Assembly (NCBI GenBank): GCA_038142205.1
Contig: JAYQJO010000001.1
Coordinates: 2,553,659-2,617,658, forward strand
Direction: 5' to 3'
Length of the DNA stretch: 64,000 nt
Origin: Pseudomonadota bacterium
GTDB lineage: Bacteria > Pseudomonadota > Gammaproteobacteria > Eutrophobiales > Eutrophobiaceae
Positions 28,430 through 37,889 of this stretch are shown here, one piece after another. Made by a program: the position numbers and the translations under genes. How positions within the stretch are numbered: the first letter of the stretch is position 1; each line of letters starts with the position of its first letter. Below the pieces are notes generated by a model that was given only the letters and a program-made list of their open reading frames with translations, made no database searches and was not told where the DNA came from.

Positions 28430-29686
28430 TTATCTCTTCATCGCATCAAAGAAGTCAGAATTATTTTTCGTCGCTTTTAAACGTTCAAGCAAGAATTCCA
28501 TGCCTGCCAGTTCTTCCATTGGATGAAGTAGCTTACGTAATATCCACATTTTTTGTAGTTCAGCTTCGTCGGTTAACAATTCTTCGCGACGCGTACCAGA
28601 GCGGTTGATATTAATTGCAGGATATACTCGCTTTTCAGCAATATTGCGGTCCAAATGCAGTTCCATATTACCTGTACCTTTAAATTCTTCGTAGATAACG
28701 TCATCCATTCTAGAGCCGGTATCAACCAGTGCTGTTGCGATGATGGTTAAGCTACCACCTTCTTCAATATTACGTGCAGCAACAAAGAATCGTTTTGGTC
28801 GTTGTAATGCATTCGCATCAACACCACCAGTTAGGACTTTACCTGAAGAAGGAATAACGGTGTTATAAGCACGAGCAAGACGGGTTATTGAATCGAGTAA
28901 GATGACAACGTCTTTTTTATGCTCCGTTAATCTTTTCGCACGTTCGATCACCATCTCCGCAACTTGTACGTGACGACTTGCTGGTTCATCAAAGGTACTG
29001 GATATCACTTCACCACGAACAGAGCGTTCCATTTCTGTTACTTCTTCAGGACGTTCATCAATGAGTAAGACAATTAAATGTACGTCAGGATAATTATGCG
29101 CAATGGATTGTGCGATACCTTGCATGATCATTGTTTTACCGGCTTTTGGCGGAGAAACAATTAAGCCACGTTGACCCTTACCAATTGGCGCAGCCAAATC
29201 GATTACCCGTGGAGTTAAATCTTCGGTACTGCCATTGCCTAGTTCAAGCGTTAAGCGTTCGTTGGCAAATAAAGGAGTCAGGTTTTCAAATAAAATCTTA
29301 CCTTTTGCTTTATCAAGAGGCTCAAAGTTAATTTCATTAATTTTAAGCAGAGCAAAATAACGTTCCCCGTCTTTTGGTGGCCTGATTTTGCCGGAAATAT
29401 TATCGCCAGTTCTCAGATTAAAACGTCTAATTTGACTCGGAGAAACATATATATCATCCGGACCTGCTAAATAAGAACTACCCGCGGAACGTAAGAACCC
29501 AAAACCATCCTGTAATATTTCTAATACACCATCACCATGAATATCTTCGCCTTTCTTTGCCTGTGCTTTTAATATCTCAAAAATCACGTCCTGCTTGCGC
29601 GAACGTGCCAGATTGTTAAGTCCTAGTTCGGTAGAGATTGAGATGAGTTCTGAGGCTGGTTTTAATTTGAGTTCTGTTAGGTTCAT
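28430..29686 (-). CDS. rho: transcription termination factor Rho
   Basis: 418 aa beginning MNLTELK, with Walker A PPKAGKT and an RNA-binding domain. Confidence 0.96.
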   Translation of the reverse strand: MNLTELKLKPASELISISTELGLNNLARSRKQDVIFEILKAQAKKGEDIHGDGVLEILQDGFGFLRSAGSSYLAGPDDIYVSPSQIRRFNLRTGDNISGKIRPPKDGERYFALLKINEINFEPLDKAKGKILFENLTPLFANERLTLELGNGSTEDLTPRVIDLAAPIGKGQRGLIVSPPKAGKTMIMQGIAQSIAHNYPDVHLIVLLIDERPEEVTEMERSVRGEVISSTFDEPASRHVQVAEMVIERAKRLTEHKKDVVILLDSITRLARAYNTVIPSSGKVLTGGVDANALQRPKRFFVAARNIEEGGSLTIIATALVDTGSRMDDVIYEEFKGTGNMELHLDRNIAEKRVYPAININRSGTRREELLTDEAELQKMWILRKLLHPMEELAGMEFLLERLKATKNNSDFFDAMKR

Positions 29687-29872
29687 AGGTTTTGAATATT
29701 AAATTGAAGATGGAAAATGTTTAGCAAACGGAATCGTTTGCAAAAATAAAAACGGTTTTTGTTTTAACTGTTTTTGGAGGTTATTGTTTGGGTTGAAATA
29801 AAATTACTGATTTATTTCTACTAAAAGTAGCACGCGTTTACTGATACGTCCAGTTTTTTATTGATACTAATA

Positions 29873-30199
29873 TTAGATATTAGTATCAATAAATGCTTCT
29901 AGCTGTGATTTTGATGCAGCACCGACTTTAGTTGCAGCAGCATCACCATCTTTAAACAGGATAAGGGTTGGAATACCTCTTACACCATAGGTTTGTGGCG
30001 TACTTTGGTTGTCATCAATATTAAGCTTCGCAACGGTGAGTTTATCTTTATATTGCTCTGCCAGTTCATCAAGAATGGGCGCAATCATTTTACAAGGGCC
30101 ACACCATTCTGCCCAAAAATCCAAAATAACAGGGAGTTCTGATTTTAAAACTTCATCTTCAAAGCTTGAGTCTGTAACATGCAATATATTGTCGCTCAT
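29873..30199 (-). CDS. trxA: thioredoxin
   Basis: 108 aa with the WCGPC active site. Confidence 0.96.
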   Translation of the reverse strand: MSDNILHVTDSSFEDEVLKSELPVILDFWAEWCGPCKMIAPILDELAEQYKDKLTVAKLNIDDNQSTPQTYGVRGIPTLILFKDGDAAATKVGAASKSQLEAFIDTNI

Positions 30200-30311
30200 T
30201 TATTTGGTATTCCTAAAAAGTATGTGAGAGTGCAATTTCAACGAAATTGCAGACTAATTGCAAGCATGATATTTACATACACCAAATACGTCAGTAACAA
30301 AAGTGAAATAA

Positions 30312-31590
30312 ATGACTACAGAAACCAGCAATACCCCTGAATTCAGGCGATTCCCCTTGGATGAGCGCTTACTTACTGCGCTAGATGAAATTGGATATAA
30401 AAACTGCACACCCATTCAGGGAGAGTGTTTACCGTTAATTCTCGATGGACACGATATTGCCGGACAGGCACAAACCGGCACAGGTAAAACCGCTGCTTTC
30501 CTGCTTTCGACCTTTCATTTTCTGCTTACAAAGTCAGCACCGGAAAAAAGTAATTTACGCGCACTTATTATTGCTCCTACGCGCGAACTTGCGATTCAGA
30601 TATTCAACGACGCTGAAAAATTTAATAAACATTGTGGCTTAAGATTGGCGCTTGTTTACGGTGGTGTCGACTATGAAAAACAACGCAAATCATTGGAAAA
30701 TGGTGTTGATATCCTGATCGGTACACCCGGGCGTTTAATTGATTACTCCAAACAAAAAGTCTTCAACTTTAAAAATGTTGAAATAGTTGTCTTGGACGAA
30801 GCAGATCGTATGTTTGATTTGGGCTTCATTAGTGACATTCGCTATATGTTAAGAAGAATGCCTAACTCCGATAAGCGTTTAAATATGCTGTTTTCGGCAA
30901 CCTTATCGCATCGTGTCATGGAACTGGCATATGAACACATGAATAGTCCAACACAGGTTAAGATTAAATCAGAGCAGGTCACTGCCGATAAAGTTACGCA
31001 AGTGCTGTATCACGTTGCTAATGATGAGAAAATCCCCTTGTTATTGGGGTTGATGAAGTCAATGGCGGCGAACCGTTCGATAGTCTTTGTCAATACAAAA
31101 CGTGTTGCAGAAAAAGTTTGGTCTTACCTTGAAAGTAATGGTATTCATTCTGCTATTTTGTCTGGCGATGTGCCGCAAAAGAAACGACAGCGATTATTTG
31201 AGCAATTTTCAAAAAGGCGAACTAGCCGCTTTAGTCGCGACTGACCTAGCCGCGCGAGGCTTACATATTCCTGATGTCAGTCACGTATTTAACTATGATT
31301 TACCACAAAATGCTGAAGACTATGTCCATCGTATAGGACGCACTGCACGTGCGGGTGCAAGTGGAGATGCGGTTAGTTTTGGCTGTGAAGACTATATTTA
31401 TTCCTTAATGGATATTGAGTCGTATGTGGGTTATTCCATCCCAACTGAGAAGATTACTGATAATTTATTAGTAACACCAGAGCCACCGGTGACACGAAAA
31501 CATCACGAGCAAAGGCAGGCGATGCATAAGAAAAAAAGAACGAGAAGACGCCGCCCTCAATCTAAAAAGCCGAACACCTCAAAAGACTAA
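30312..31590 (+). pseudogene. rhlB: ATP-dependent RNA helicase RhlB, frameshifted as sequenced
   Basis: It has DEAD-box motifs (AQTGTGKT, DEAD, SAT) in frame 1 and [22 protein letters not shown] in the overlapping ORF 31087-31590. The frames join as ...LFEQF|[12 protein letters not shown] if the T4 run 31206-31209 is read as T3. Length 1279 nt is not a multiple of 3. Confidence 0.85.
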
Positions 31591-32251
31591 CTCAATACTT
31601 CCACAATCCATTTACCGATAGCATTAATCTCTTCCAGGCAAACGGCGTGTTGCATCGTGTATTCATTCCAGTCTACATCATAGCCTAAATCTTTTAATGT
31701 CTGAGAGGAAGCCTTGCCCTGATCGACAGGGATGACCGGATCTGAATACCGTGCGCCATCATAACTGGGATATCTTTATATTCTGTTGCTTCTTTTTCGA
31801 GTTGACTCGGTAAAGGTAAATACGTTGATAATGCCAATAAGCCAGCGAGTTTTTCAGGAAAACGTAAGCCGGTATGCAATGTTATTGCGCCGCCTTGTGA
31901 AAAACCGGCTAGTATAATTTTGTTTGCCGGAATGCCTTTTTCCATTTCGGCATTGATGTATTGAATGATCAGTGCGTCAGATTGCGCTATTGATTCCACG
32001 TCTTCCTGTTCGCGTAAATTCGGTGTTTTAATGTCATACCATGCACGCATTGCCATGCCGGCATTAATGGTTACCGGGCGAACGGGCGCATTCGGGAATA
32101 TAAAACGAACACCTAAGTCATCAGGCAAATTAAGCTCCGGTACGACAGGTTCAAAGTCATGACCATCCGCGCCGAGTCCGTGTAACCAGATAACACTGGC
32201 TTTGTGTTCTGTTTTGGGTTCTATAATGACGGCATCGGCTGTAAATGGCAT
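31587..32251 (-). pseudogene. carboxylesterase/phospholipase (alpha/beta hydrolase), frameshifted as sequenced
   Basis: GFSQGG nucleophile elbow. After ...MMAHGIQ the ORF derails. The adjacent frame reads DPVIPVDQGKASSQTLKDLGYDVDWNEYTMQHAVCLEEINAIGKWIVEVLS*. One nt is missing near 31741/31742. Length 665 nt is not a multiple of 3. Confidence 0.75.
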
Positions 32252-32356
32252 AGTTGTTCCTGTTTTCCTGAGGTTAGGTTATTTTTAAGCTACAGATAAT
32301 TTGTTATGCTCAACTCTACACAAGTCAGTACCTCATGTCTCAAGGGGGACGCAGAG

Positions 32357-32506
32357 ATGAACAAAATAGTATTAATCAAAATTTTAAAAGCCGGGATAAT
32401 ACTTTCAGTTTTGTCCTTTGTCTCTGCGTGTGGCCAAAAAGGTGATCTTTATCTTCCACCAGAAAATGCGAGTAGTGACGCTACCGACTTTTCCAACACA
32501 GTATAG
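32357..32506 (+). CDS. lptM: small lipoprotein LptM/YifL family
   Basis: Start at ATG 32357. The lipobox and ACGQKGDLYLPP resemble E. coli YifL GCGLKGPLYFPP. It sits upstream of lysA. Confidence 0.65.
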   Translation: MNKIVLIKILKAGIILSVLSFVSACGQKGDLYLPPENASSDATDFSNTV

Positions 32507-32511
32507 TTTTT

Positions 32512-33759
32512 ATGTCTAACTTTAATTATCAGAACGGCACGTTGTATGCCGAAGGTGTTTCTTTGGCAGAAATAGCCAAACAGTTTGGTACGCCCTGTTA
32601 CGTCTATTCGCGCAATGAAATAGAATCACGCTGGTCAGCGTTTGATTCAGCATTGGCAGATAATTCGCACTTGGTTTGTTATGCCGTAAAAGCGAATTCT
32701 AATATTGCCGTATTGAATCTGTTAGCAAGACTAGGCTCCGGTTTCGATATTGTTTCTTTAGGTGAGTTACAACGTGTGATTAAAGCGGGTGGCGATCCGG
32801 CTAATGTTGTATTTTCAGGTGTTGGTAAAAAAGTTGAAGAAATGCAATGCGCGCTTGAGAAAGGCATTAAATGTTTTAATGTTGAATCTGCGAATGAATT
32901 AGTACGCTTAAATGACGTTGCCGCAAGCATGAATGTTGCAGCGCCTGTTTCATTACGTGTTAACCCTGATGTTGATGCAGAAACACATCCTTATATCTCA
33001 ACCGGTCTAAAAGATAATAAATTTGGTATTGCTTTTGAGTCGGCTAAATCAGTGTACGAACAAGCTGCAGCAATGGATAACATCAATGTTGTTGGTATTG
33101 ATTGTCATATCGGTTCTCAGATAACAACTTTAAGTCCATTTAAAGATGCTTTGCTGAGAGTATTGGTTTTAATCGATGAACTAAAAGAAGCTGGTATTAA
33201 ACTTAAACATCTGGATATTGGTGGTGGACTCGGTATTACGTACAACGATGAAAGGCCGCCAAGCCCATCTGATTTTGTTGATGTCATTATTGAAACAATG
33301 CAGAACTATGATCTGGAAATCATTATGGAACCGGGTAGAAGTATTGTTGGTAATGCCGGTGTATTAGTTACCGAAGTGCAATACCTGAATGAAACACCAT
33401 CTCATAACTTTGCTATTGTTGATGCAGCAATGAATGATTTAATTCGTCCAGCATTATATAGCGGTTGGCATGACATTAAACGTGTTGAAGAGGCATCGAA
33501 TGCTGAAGAAGTAAATTACGATGTTGTCGGTCCTGTGTGTGAAACAGGCGATTTCCTTGGGAAAGATCGACGCTTACGTTTAGAGCACAGCGATCTGTTA
33601 GCCGTTTGTTCCGCTGGCGCTTATGGTTTCACTATGGCATCAAACTATAATTCTCGACCAAGGGTGGCTGAGCTTTTGGTTGATGGTGAACAGATTCATG
33701 AAATCCGCAGAAGAGAATCGATTGATGATTTGATGACTGGAGAGAGACTACTACCCTGA
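32512..33759 (+). CDS. lysA: diaminopimelate decarboxylase
   Basis: 415 aa with the PLP-lysine context YAVKAN, GGGLGI and the CETGD motif. Confidence 0.92.
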   Translation: MSNFNYQNGTLYAEGVSLAEIAKQFGTPCYVYSRNEIESRWSAFDSALADNSHLVCYAVKANSNIAVLNLLARLGSGFDIVSLGELQRVIKAGGDPANVVFSGVGKKVEEMQCALEKGIKCFNVESANELVRLNDVAASMNVAAPVSLRVNPDVDAETHPYISTGLKDNKFGIAFESAKSVYEQAAAMDNINVVGIDCHIGSQITTLSPFKDALLRVLVLIDELKEAGIKLKHLDIGGGLGITYNDERPPSPSDFVDVIIETMQNYDLEIIMEPGRSIVGNAGVLVTEVQYLNETPSHNFAIVDAAMNDLIRPALYSGWHDIKRVEEASNAEEVNYDVVGPVCETGDFLGKDRRLRLEHSDLLAVCSAGAYGFTMASNYNSRPRVAELLVDGEQIHEIRRRESIDDLMTGERLLP

Positions 33760-33816
33760 GTAATAAATTGATTCATTAGCTTAAAGTTTAAATACATTTT
33801 AATAAGGAGATTAATC

Positions 33817-34050
33817 ATGGCTGACGCAAATTTAGTAAGCGAAGTTGAAATGAAAACGGTTCGTTTTTCAGAATGGCTAATATTAGCCTAGTCACTCGTA
33901 TGGAGAAGTTTGATAGCTGTAATTGGATCAATGCTTATTGGTGGAATATTAGGATTTATACTAGGTTTTGTTGGGTCAATGTTAGGTTTAGATATTGAAA
34001 CAATGAGACCGTTTATTACTCTAATAGGTAGCTTAAAAGGTTTCGTTTGA
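33817..34050 (+). pseudogene. small membrane-protein ORF with in-frame TAG (33889-33891)
   Basis: AAGGAG lies 7 nt upstream of ATG 33817. There are 24 codons, then TAG, then 52 more in-frame codons (..SLIAVIGSMLIGGILGFILGFVGSMLGL..) to TGA 34048-34050. Confidence 0.35.
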
Positions 34051-34091
34051 CTCTCGTTCAGCTAAATTAAATAACACACAATGGTTTCGAT

Positions 34092-34553
34092 ATGGTAAAA
34101 AGAAAATCCTTATCTGTAATAGTTTTAACGGTTTTTATTTCCTCATTAATCAGCTTTTCTTTTTTACAGGAAGCATCTGCCGAACTTGAAATGACCGTTT
34201 ATAAATCTCCTACTTGTGGTTGTTGTGGTAAGTGGATCACGCATATGGAAGAGAATGGCTTTAAAGTGAAAGCTGTCGATATGATCGAGATGAATATTGT
34301 TAAAGAAAAGTATGGTATCACTAGGAATTTAGCCAGTTGTCATACTGCCATCATTGATGGTTATTATATTGAAGGGCATGTTCCTGCTGCTGATGTAAAA
34401 CGTTTATTAGCTGAAAAGACTGATTCAAAAGGCTTAACTGTGCCCGGGATGCCTGTCGGTTCACCAGGTATGGAAATGGGCGACCGTGTTGATTCTTATC
34501 AGGTGTTGTCAGTTAAGAGCGATGGTAGTACTGAGGTTTTCAATCAATATTAA
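34092..34553 (+). CDS. DUF411 (CopG-like) periplasmic metal-binding protein
   Basis: 153 aa with a signal peptide, a CGCCGKW motif and a Met-rich GMPVGSPGMEMG segment. Confidence 0.7.
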   Translation: MVKRKSLSVIVLTVFISSLISFSFLQEASAELEMTVYKSPTCGCCGKWITHMEENGFKVKAVDMIEMNIVKEKYGITRNLASCHTAIIDGYYIEGHVPAADVKRLLAEKTDSKGLTVPGMPVGSPGMEMGDRVDSYQVLSVKSDGSTEVFNQY

Positions 34554-34631
34554 TTATTGCTGTTGCCCATCAGCGTCGAAAGCCGGGTTACTAGCTTAGT
34601 CGTATGAAATAGATATCTTAAATACTTTAAT

Positions 34632-35291
34632 ATGCAACGCGTACCTGAACCTGAGTTAATGTCTGATGAAGATCAGGCGATGGCATATGCCAATGCTGAT
34701 TTTGAAGAACCGCATAATCATTTTATTTCCTTATTAAAAGATTCCGTTGCTAATGTTCTTCCTGAATCAGGAATAGCTATGGATTTGGGTTGTGGCGCTG
34801 CGGATATCAGTATTCGTTTTGCCAAAGCATTTCAGAGTTATCAAGTAGATGGCTTAGACGGTTCTGCTGCAATGTTGGCCGAAGGTGAAAAGGCTATAAA
34901 TGTTTCTGAATTGAATCATCGTATTAATCTTATTCAGGATTACCTGGAAGAAACATCATTAGTCAGTAAAGAATACAATCTCGTATTTAGTAATAGTTTA
35001 TTGCATCATTTACATGAGCCAATGTTGTTGTGGAATTGCATTAAAAATGCAAAAGGCAACCCGGTTGTTTTTATTATGGATTTAATGCGACCTGATAATG
35101 ATGATGAAGTCGCTAGAATGGTTAATGAATATGCCAATGGCGAACCGGAAGTTTTACAGCGAGACTTTTATAATTCCTTAAAAGCGGCATTTACACCAGA
35201 TGAAGTAGAGCAACAATTAACAGAAGCAGGTTTGCAAGGATTTAAGGTTTCTGTTGTATCAGATAGACATTTAACAATTATTAGAAACTAG
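34632..35291 (+). CDS. class I SAM-dependent methyltransferase
   Basis: 219 aa with SAM motif I MDLGCGAADIS. Confidence 0.65.
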   Translation: MQRVPEPELMSDEDQAMAYANADFEEPHNHFISLLKDSVANVLPESGIAMDLGCGAADISIRFAKAFQSYQVDGLDGSAAMLAEGEKAINVSELNHRINLIQDYLEETSLVSKEYNLVFSNSLLHHLHEPMLLWNCIKNAKGNPVVFIMDLMRPDNDDEVARMVNEYANGEPEVLQRDFYNSLKAAFTPDEVEQQLTEAGLQGFKVSVVSDRHLTIIRN

Positions 35292-35299
35292 GTCGCTTA

Positions 35300-35322
35300 G
35301 GACTCCTGTCCTCTCGCGACAT
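35300..35322. repeat. copy B of the 23-nt motif GGACTCCTG(C/T)CCTCTCGC(A/G)ACAT
   Basis: 21/23 identical to 7234-7256. It lies 9 nt past the methyltransferase stop. Confidence 0.6.
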
Positions 35323-35338
35323 ACAGTTCGTCCTGAAC

Positions 35339-35371
35339 AAAAAAAGCCAGAGTTAGTTTCCTAACTCTGGC
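35339..35371 (-). terminator. bidirectional rho-independent terminator between convergent genes
   Basis: Perfect 11-bp stem GCCAGAGTTAG/CTAACTCTGGC with a 4-nt loop. An A7 run on the plus side becomes T7 after the stem on the minus strand (the GS gene side). Confidence 0.85.
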
Positions 35372-35398
35372 TCTGTTACTAACTACTACAAGTCTTTA

Positions 35399-36409
35399 TT
35401 AAGCGAGTCCTTCGTTAGTTGTCTTAACGATTGCCGCTGCTACAGCATAAGGACATGCATTTGATGCTGGACGACGATCTTCAAGACGGCCTTTCCAACC
35501 ATCTTCAACCGTACCAATCGGTATACGAATAGATGCACCACGATCAGAGACGCCATAGCTGAACTGATCAATAGATTGGGTTTCGTGTTTACCGGTTAAA
35601 CGGTGGTGGTTGTCTGCGCCATAAACGCTAATGTGACGTTCGATATTTTTTCCAAATTCTTCACAGATTTTGGTGAAAGTTGCTTCGTCACCAGAGTCGC
35701 GCATAACGCCGTTTGAAAAGTTAGCGTGCATGCCTGATCCGTTCCAGTCTGTGTCACCTAATGGTTTAGGATGATAGTCGATTGCTAAACCATATTTCTC
35801 AGCAGTTCTTTCAAGAAGGTAACGTGCTAACCAGGTTTCATCACCTGCGTGTTTTGCACTTTTAGAAAAAACCTGAAATTCCCACTGTCCCGCAGCTACC
35901 TCAGCATTAATACCTTCAACATTGAGACCCGCTTCCAGACAAATATCTAAATGCTCATCAATCAGATCACGGCAGTAGGCATTTTTGGCGCCCACTGAAC
36001 AATAGTAAGGTCCCTGTGGAGGAGGATAACCGCCTGGAGGAAAGCCAGGAGGGAGGTTTGTTTCAGGATCCCATAGAAAGTATTCCTGTTCAAAGCCGAA
36101 CCAGAAATCATCATCATCTGACTCAATAGTTGCTCGGGCATTAGAAGGATGAGGTGTTCCGTCCGCATTAAGTACTTCTGTCATGACGAGGTAGGCATTC
36201 ATGCGTGCAGGATCGGGAATAATCATTACGGGTTTGAGTAAACAATCTGAGTCATTACCTTCAGCTTGTTCGGTAGAACTACCGTCAAATGACCACATCG
36301 GGCAATCTTCCAGTTTTCCACTAAAATCTGACCTTACCATGGTCTTACTACGTAAACTTTGAGTTGGCTTGTATCCATCAAGCCAAATATATTCCAACTT
36401 ACTTTTCAT
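35399..36409 (-). CDS. glnII: type II (eukaryote-like) glutamine synthetase
   Basis: Start set at ATG 36409 (MKSKLEYIWLDG...), giving 336 aa. It has the blocks FDGSST, GFEQEYF, GINAEVAAGQWEFQV, NGSGMHANFS and RIP...EDRRPASN. The ORF-track start 36487 would sit inside the sigma54 promoter. Confidence 0.8.
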   Translation of the reverse strand: MKSKLEYIWLDGYKPTQSLRSKTMVRSDFSGKLEDCPMWSFDGSSTEQAEGNDSDCLLKPVMIIPDPARMNAYLVMTEVLNADGTPHPSNARATIESDDDDFWFGFEQEYFLWDPETNLPPGFPPGGYPPPQGPYYCSVGAKNAYCRDLIDEHLDICLEAGLNVEGINAEVAAGQWEFQVFSKSAKHAGDETWLARYLLERTAEKYGLAIDYHPKPLGDTDWNGSGMHANFSNGVMRDSGDEATFTKICEEFGKNIERHISVYGADNHHRLTGKHETQSIDQFSYGVSDRGASIRIPIGTVEDGWKGRLEDRRPASNACPYAVAAAIVKTTNEGLA

Positions 36410-36469
36410 GATTTTTTTATCTCCACCATTTTTTGTAAATAATACATAAGCATTTTCAGGTTCGAGAAA

Positions 36470-36487
36470 TTGCAATATGTGTTCCAA
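36470..36487 (-). promoter_or_regulatory. sigma54 (-24/-12) promoter TTGGAACACATATTGCAA
   Basis: The minus-strand reading fits TGGCAC-N5-TTGCA with GG-N10-GC spacing. It lies about 60 nt upstream of ATG 36409. Confidence 0.75.
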
Positions 36488-36648
36488 TTTTGGGCAAGCA
36501 TTGTAGCTATTTTTTCATTCTTATTTCAGAAAATATTTTTAACTGAAATATTTAATAAAATTAATAAGTTAAAATTACTCTACTTGAATAACTATAATTT
36601 AACTAAGCGGTTTAATAACGTATATTAAACTTATTCGATATTTAAAAA

Positions 36649-36665
36649 CGCACAAAAATAGTGCA
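36649..36665. promoter_or_regulatory. NtrC-type enhancer site CGCACAAAAATAGTGCA (proximal)
   Basis: Resembles the NtrC consensus TGCACCA-N3-TGGTGCA. It is part of a 25-bp direct repeat (36642-36666). Confidence 0.7.
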
Positions 36666-36688
36666 AAAATAAAAATTTATATTAAAAA

Positions 36689-36705
36689 CGCACAAAAATA
36701 GTGCA
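36689..36705. promoter_or_regulatory. NtrC-type enhancer site CGCACAAAAATAGTGCA (distal)
   Basis: Identical second copy (repeat 36682-36706), 40 bp from the first. Confidence 0.7.
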
Positions 36706-36720
36706 ATTTAATATTGAAAA

Positions 36721-37677
36721 CTAATTCCAGTCTTCTTCCAAAAGACGAACCAACTCAGAGCAGCTTTGAATCCTGTCATTCGGTTTTTTAGCAATACATC
36801 GCATCGCAACATCTTCAAGGAACTCCGGAATGCGTATTTTAGTCAGGCTTGAAGGTTTGGGCGGAGTGACATTTAATGTTTCTTCAATCATCTTATCAAT
36901 AGTCTCTTCTATTGATGGTGGCCTTCCACACAGAATTTCAAACAGTACTGCTCCAAGGCTATAGATATCGGTTCTAAAGTCGATATCAGGATCTCTTTGG
37001 ATTTGTTCGGGTGACATGTAAGAAATTGTCCCCTGAAGTTGTTCCAGATCTGTGAAGGACGTGACTTTTTTGCTTGAAAGCGTTTTTCTGGGTTTATGAA
37101 TTACTTCGTCACTGCTTCCATCAGGATTCCATACTTTTGCCAAACCCCAATCCATCAATAGTACTTCACCGTAGGGGCCAACCAGAATATTTTCCGGTTT
37201 AATATCTCTATGAATAACACGATGGTTGTGTGCATATTCCAAAGCATGTCCGACCTGAACAATAACGTTTATCAGCTGTGTTAAATCGTAACGCTCTCGA
37301 TAATCCAGTACTTCACGAAGTGTGTAACCATGAACCAACTTCATGGTAAAGTAGTAATGTCCACTTGAATCACGGCCTATTTCATACATCGGTACAGTAT
37401 TAGGATGTTGCAATAAGGCACTGACACGTGCTTCTCTTAAAAACCTTTTCTTCTCTATCGGATCATCAGCAAACTCTTTTTTAAGTTTTTTATAACAAAC
37501 AATACGTGATAAATATAAATCCTTACATGATTGAATGACGGCTTTTCCGCCTTTTGCAATTGTCTTGAAATAGGCATAACGCATGCTTGGATTAAGTTTT
37601 TCTGGAAGTTCTTTATCCGTGTTTTCCAGATAGATCATTGCATAATCATCACTTGGCGGTTCTGGAAAACGGGTCAT
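36721..37677 (-). CDS. Hanks-type serine/threonine protein kinase (kinase domain only)
   Basis: 318 aa with HRDIKPENIL, DWGLAK and SYMSPEQ motifs. No TM or sensor domain is evident. Confidence 0.85.
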   Translation of the reverse strand: MTRFPEPPSDDYAMIYLENTDKELPEKLNPSMRYAYFKTIAKGGKAVIQSCKDLYLSRIVCYKKLKKEFADDPIEKKRFLREARVSALLQHPNTVPMYEIGRDSSGHYYFTMKLVHGYTLREVLDYRERYDLTQLINVIVQVGHALEYAHNHRVIHRDIKPENILVGPYGEVLLMDWGLAKVWNPDGSSDEVIHKPRKTLSSKKVTSFTDLEQLQGTISYMSPEQIQRDPDIDFRTDIYSLGAVLFEILCGRPPSIEETIDKMIEETLNVTPPKPSSLTKIRIPEFLEDVAMRCIAKKPNDRIQSCSELVRLLEEDWN

Positions 37678-37889
37678 GTTTTTTACACCTGTGTTTATTA
37701 ATTTAATTAAATGAAAGTCTATGAAATTTATTATAAGCCAGTTAAATGATTTGGTATTAATAATATTTAAACAAAATCAATGAGTCGTTTTATCTATAAT
37801 TAACCCAATATGTGTTTGAACAGGCATATTATAATAATTTCATTATGACTTTTTATGAACTACCTAAGATTACTGCTAGTCTACAAATT

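Noticed and set aside
31087-31590. 167-aa ORF as an independent gene
   Set aside because: It encodes the C-terminal helicase motifs of RhlB and has no plausible independent N-terminus. It is treated as part of the frameshifted rhlB.
36410-36487. ORF-track N-terminal extension of the glutamine synthetase gene (MEHILQFLEPENAYVLFTKNGGDKKI)
   Set aside because: It overlaps the sigma54 -24/-12 element. GSII proteins start at the MKSKLEYIWLDG-type sequence. ATG 36409 has a GGAG-type RBS.
36642-36706. 25-bp direct repeats with a 15-bp spacer as a mini-CRISPR
   Set aside because: There are only two copies and no cas genes. The repeats contain an NtrC-type dyad and sit at enhancer distance from a sigma54 promoter.
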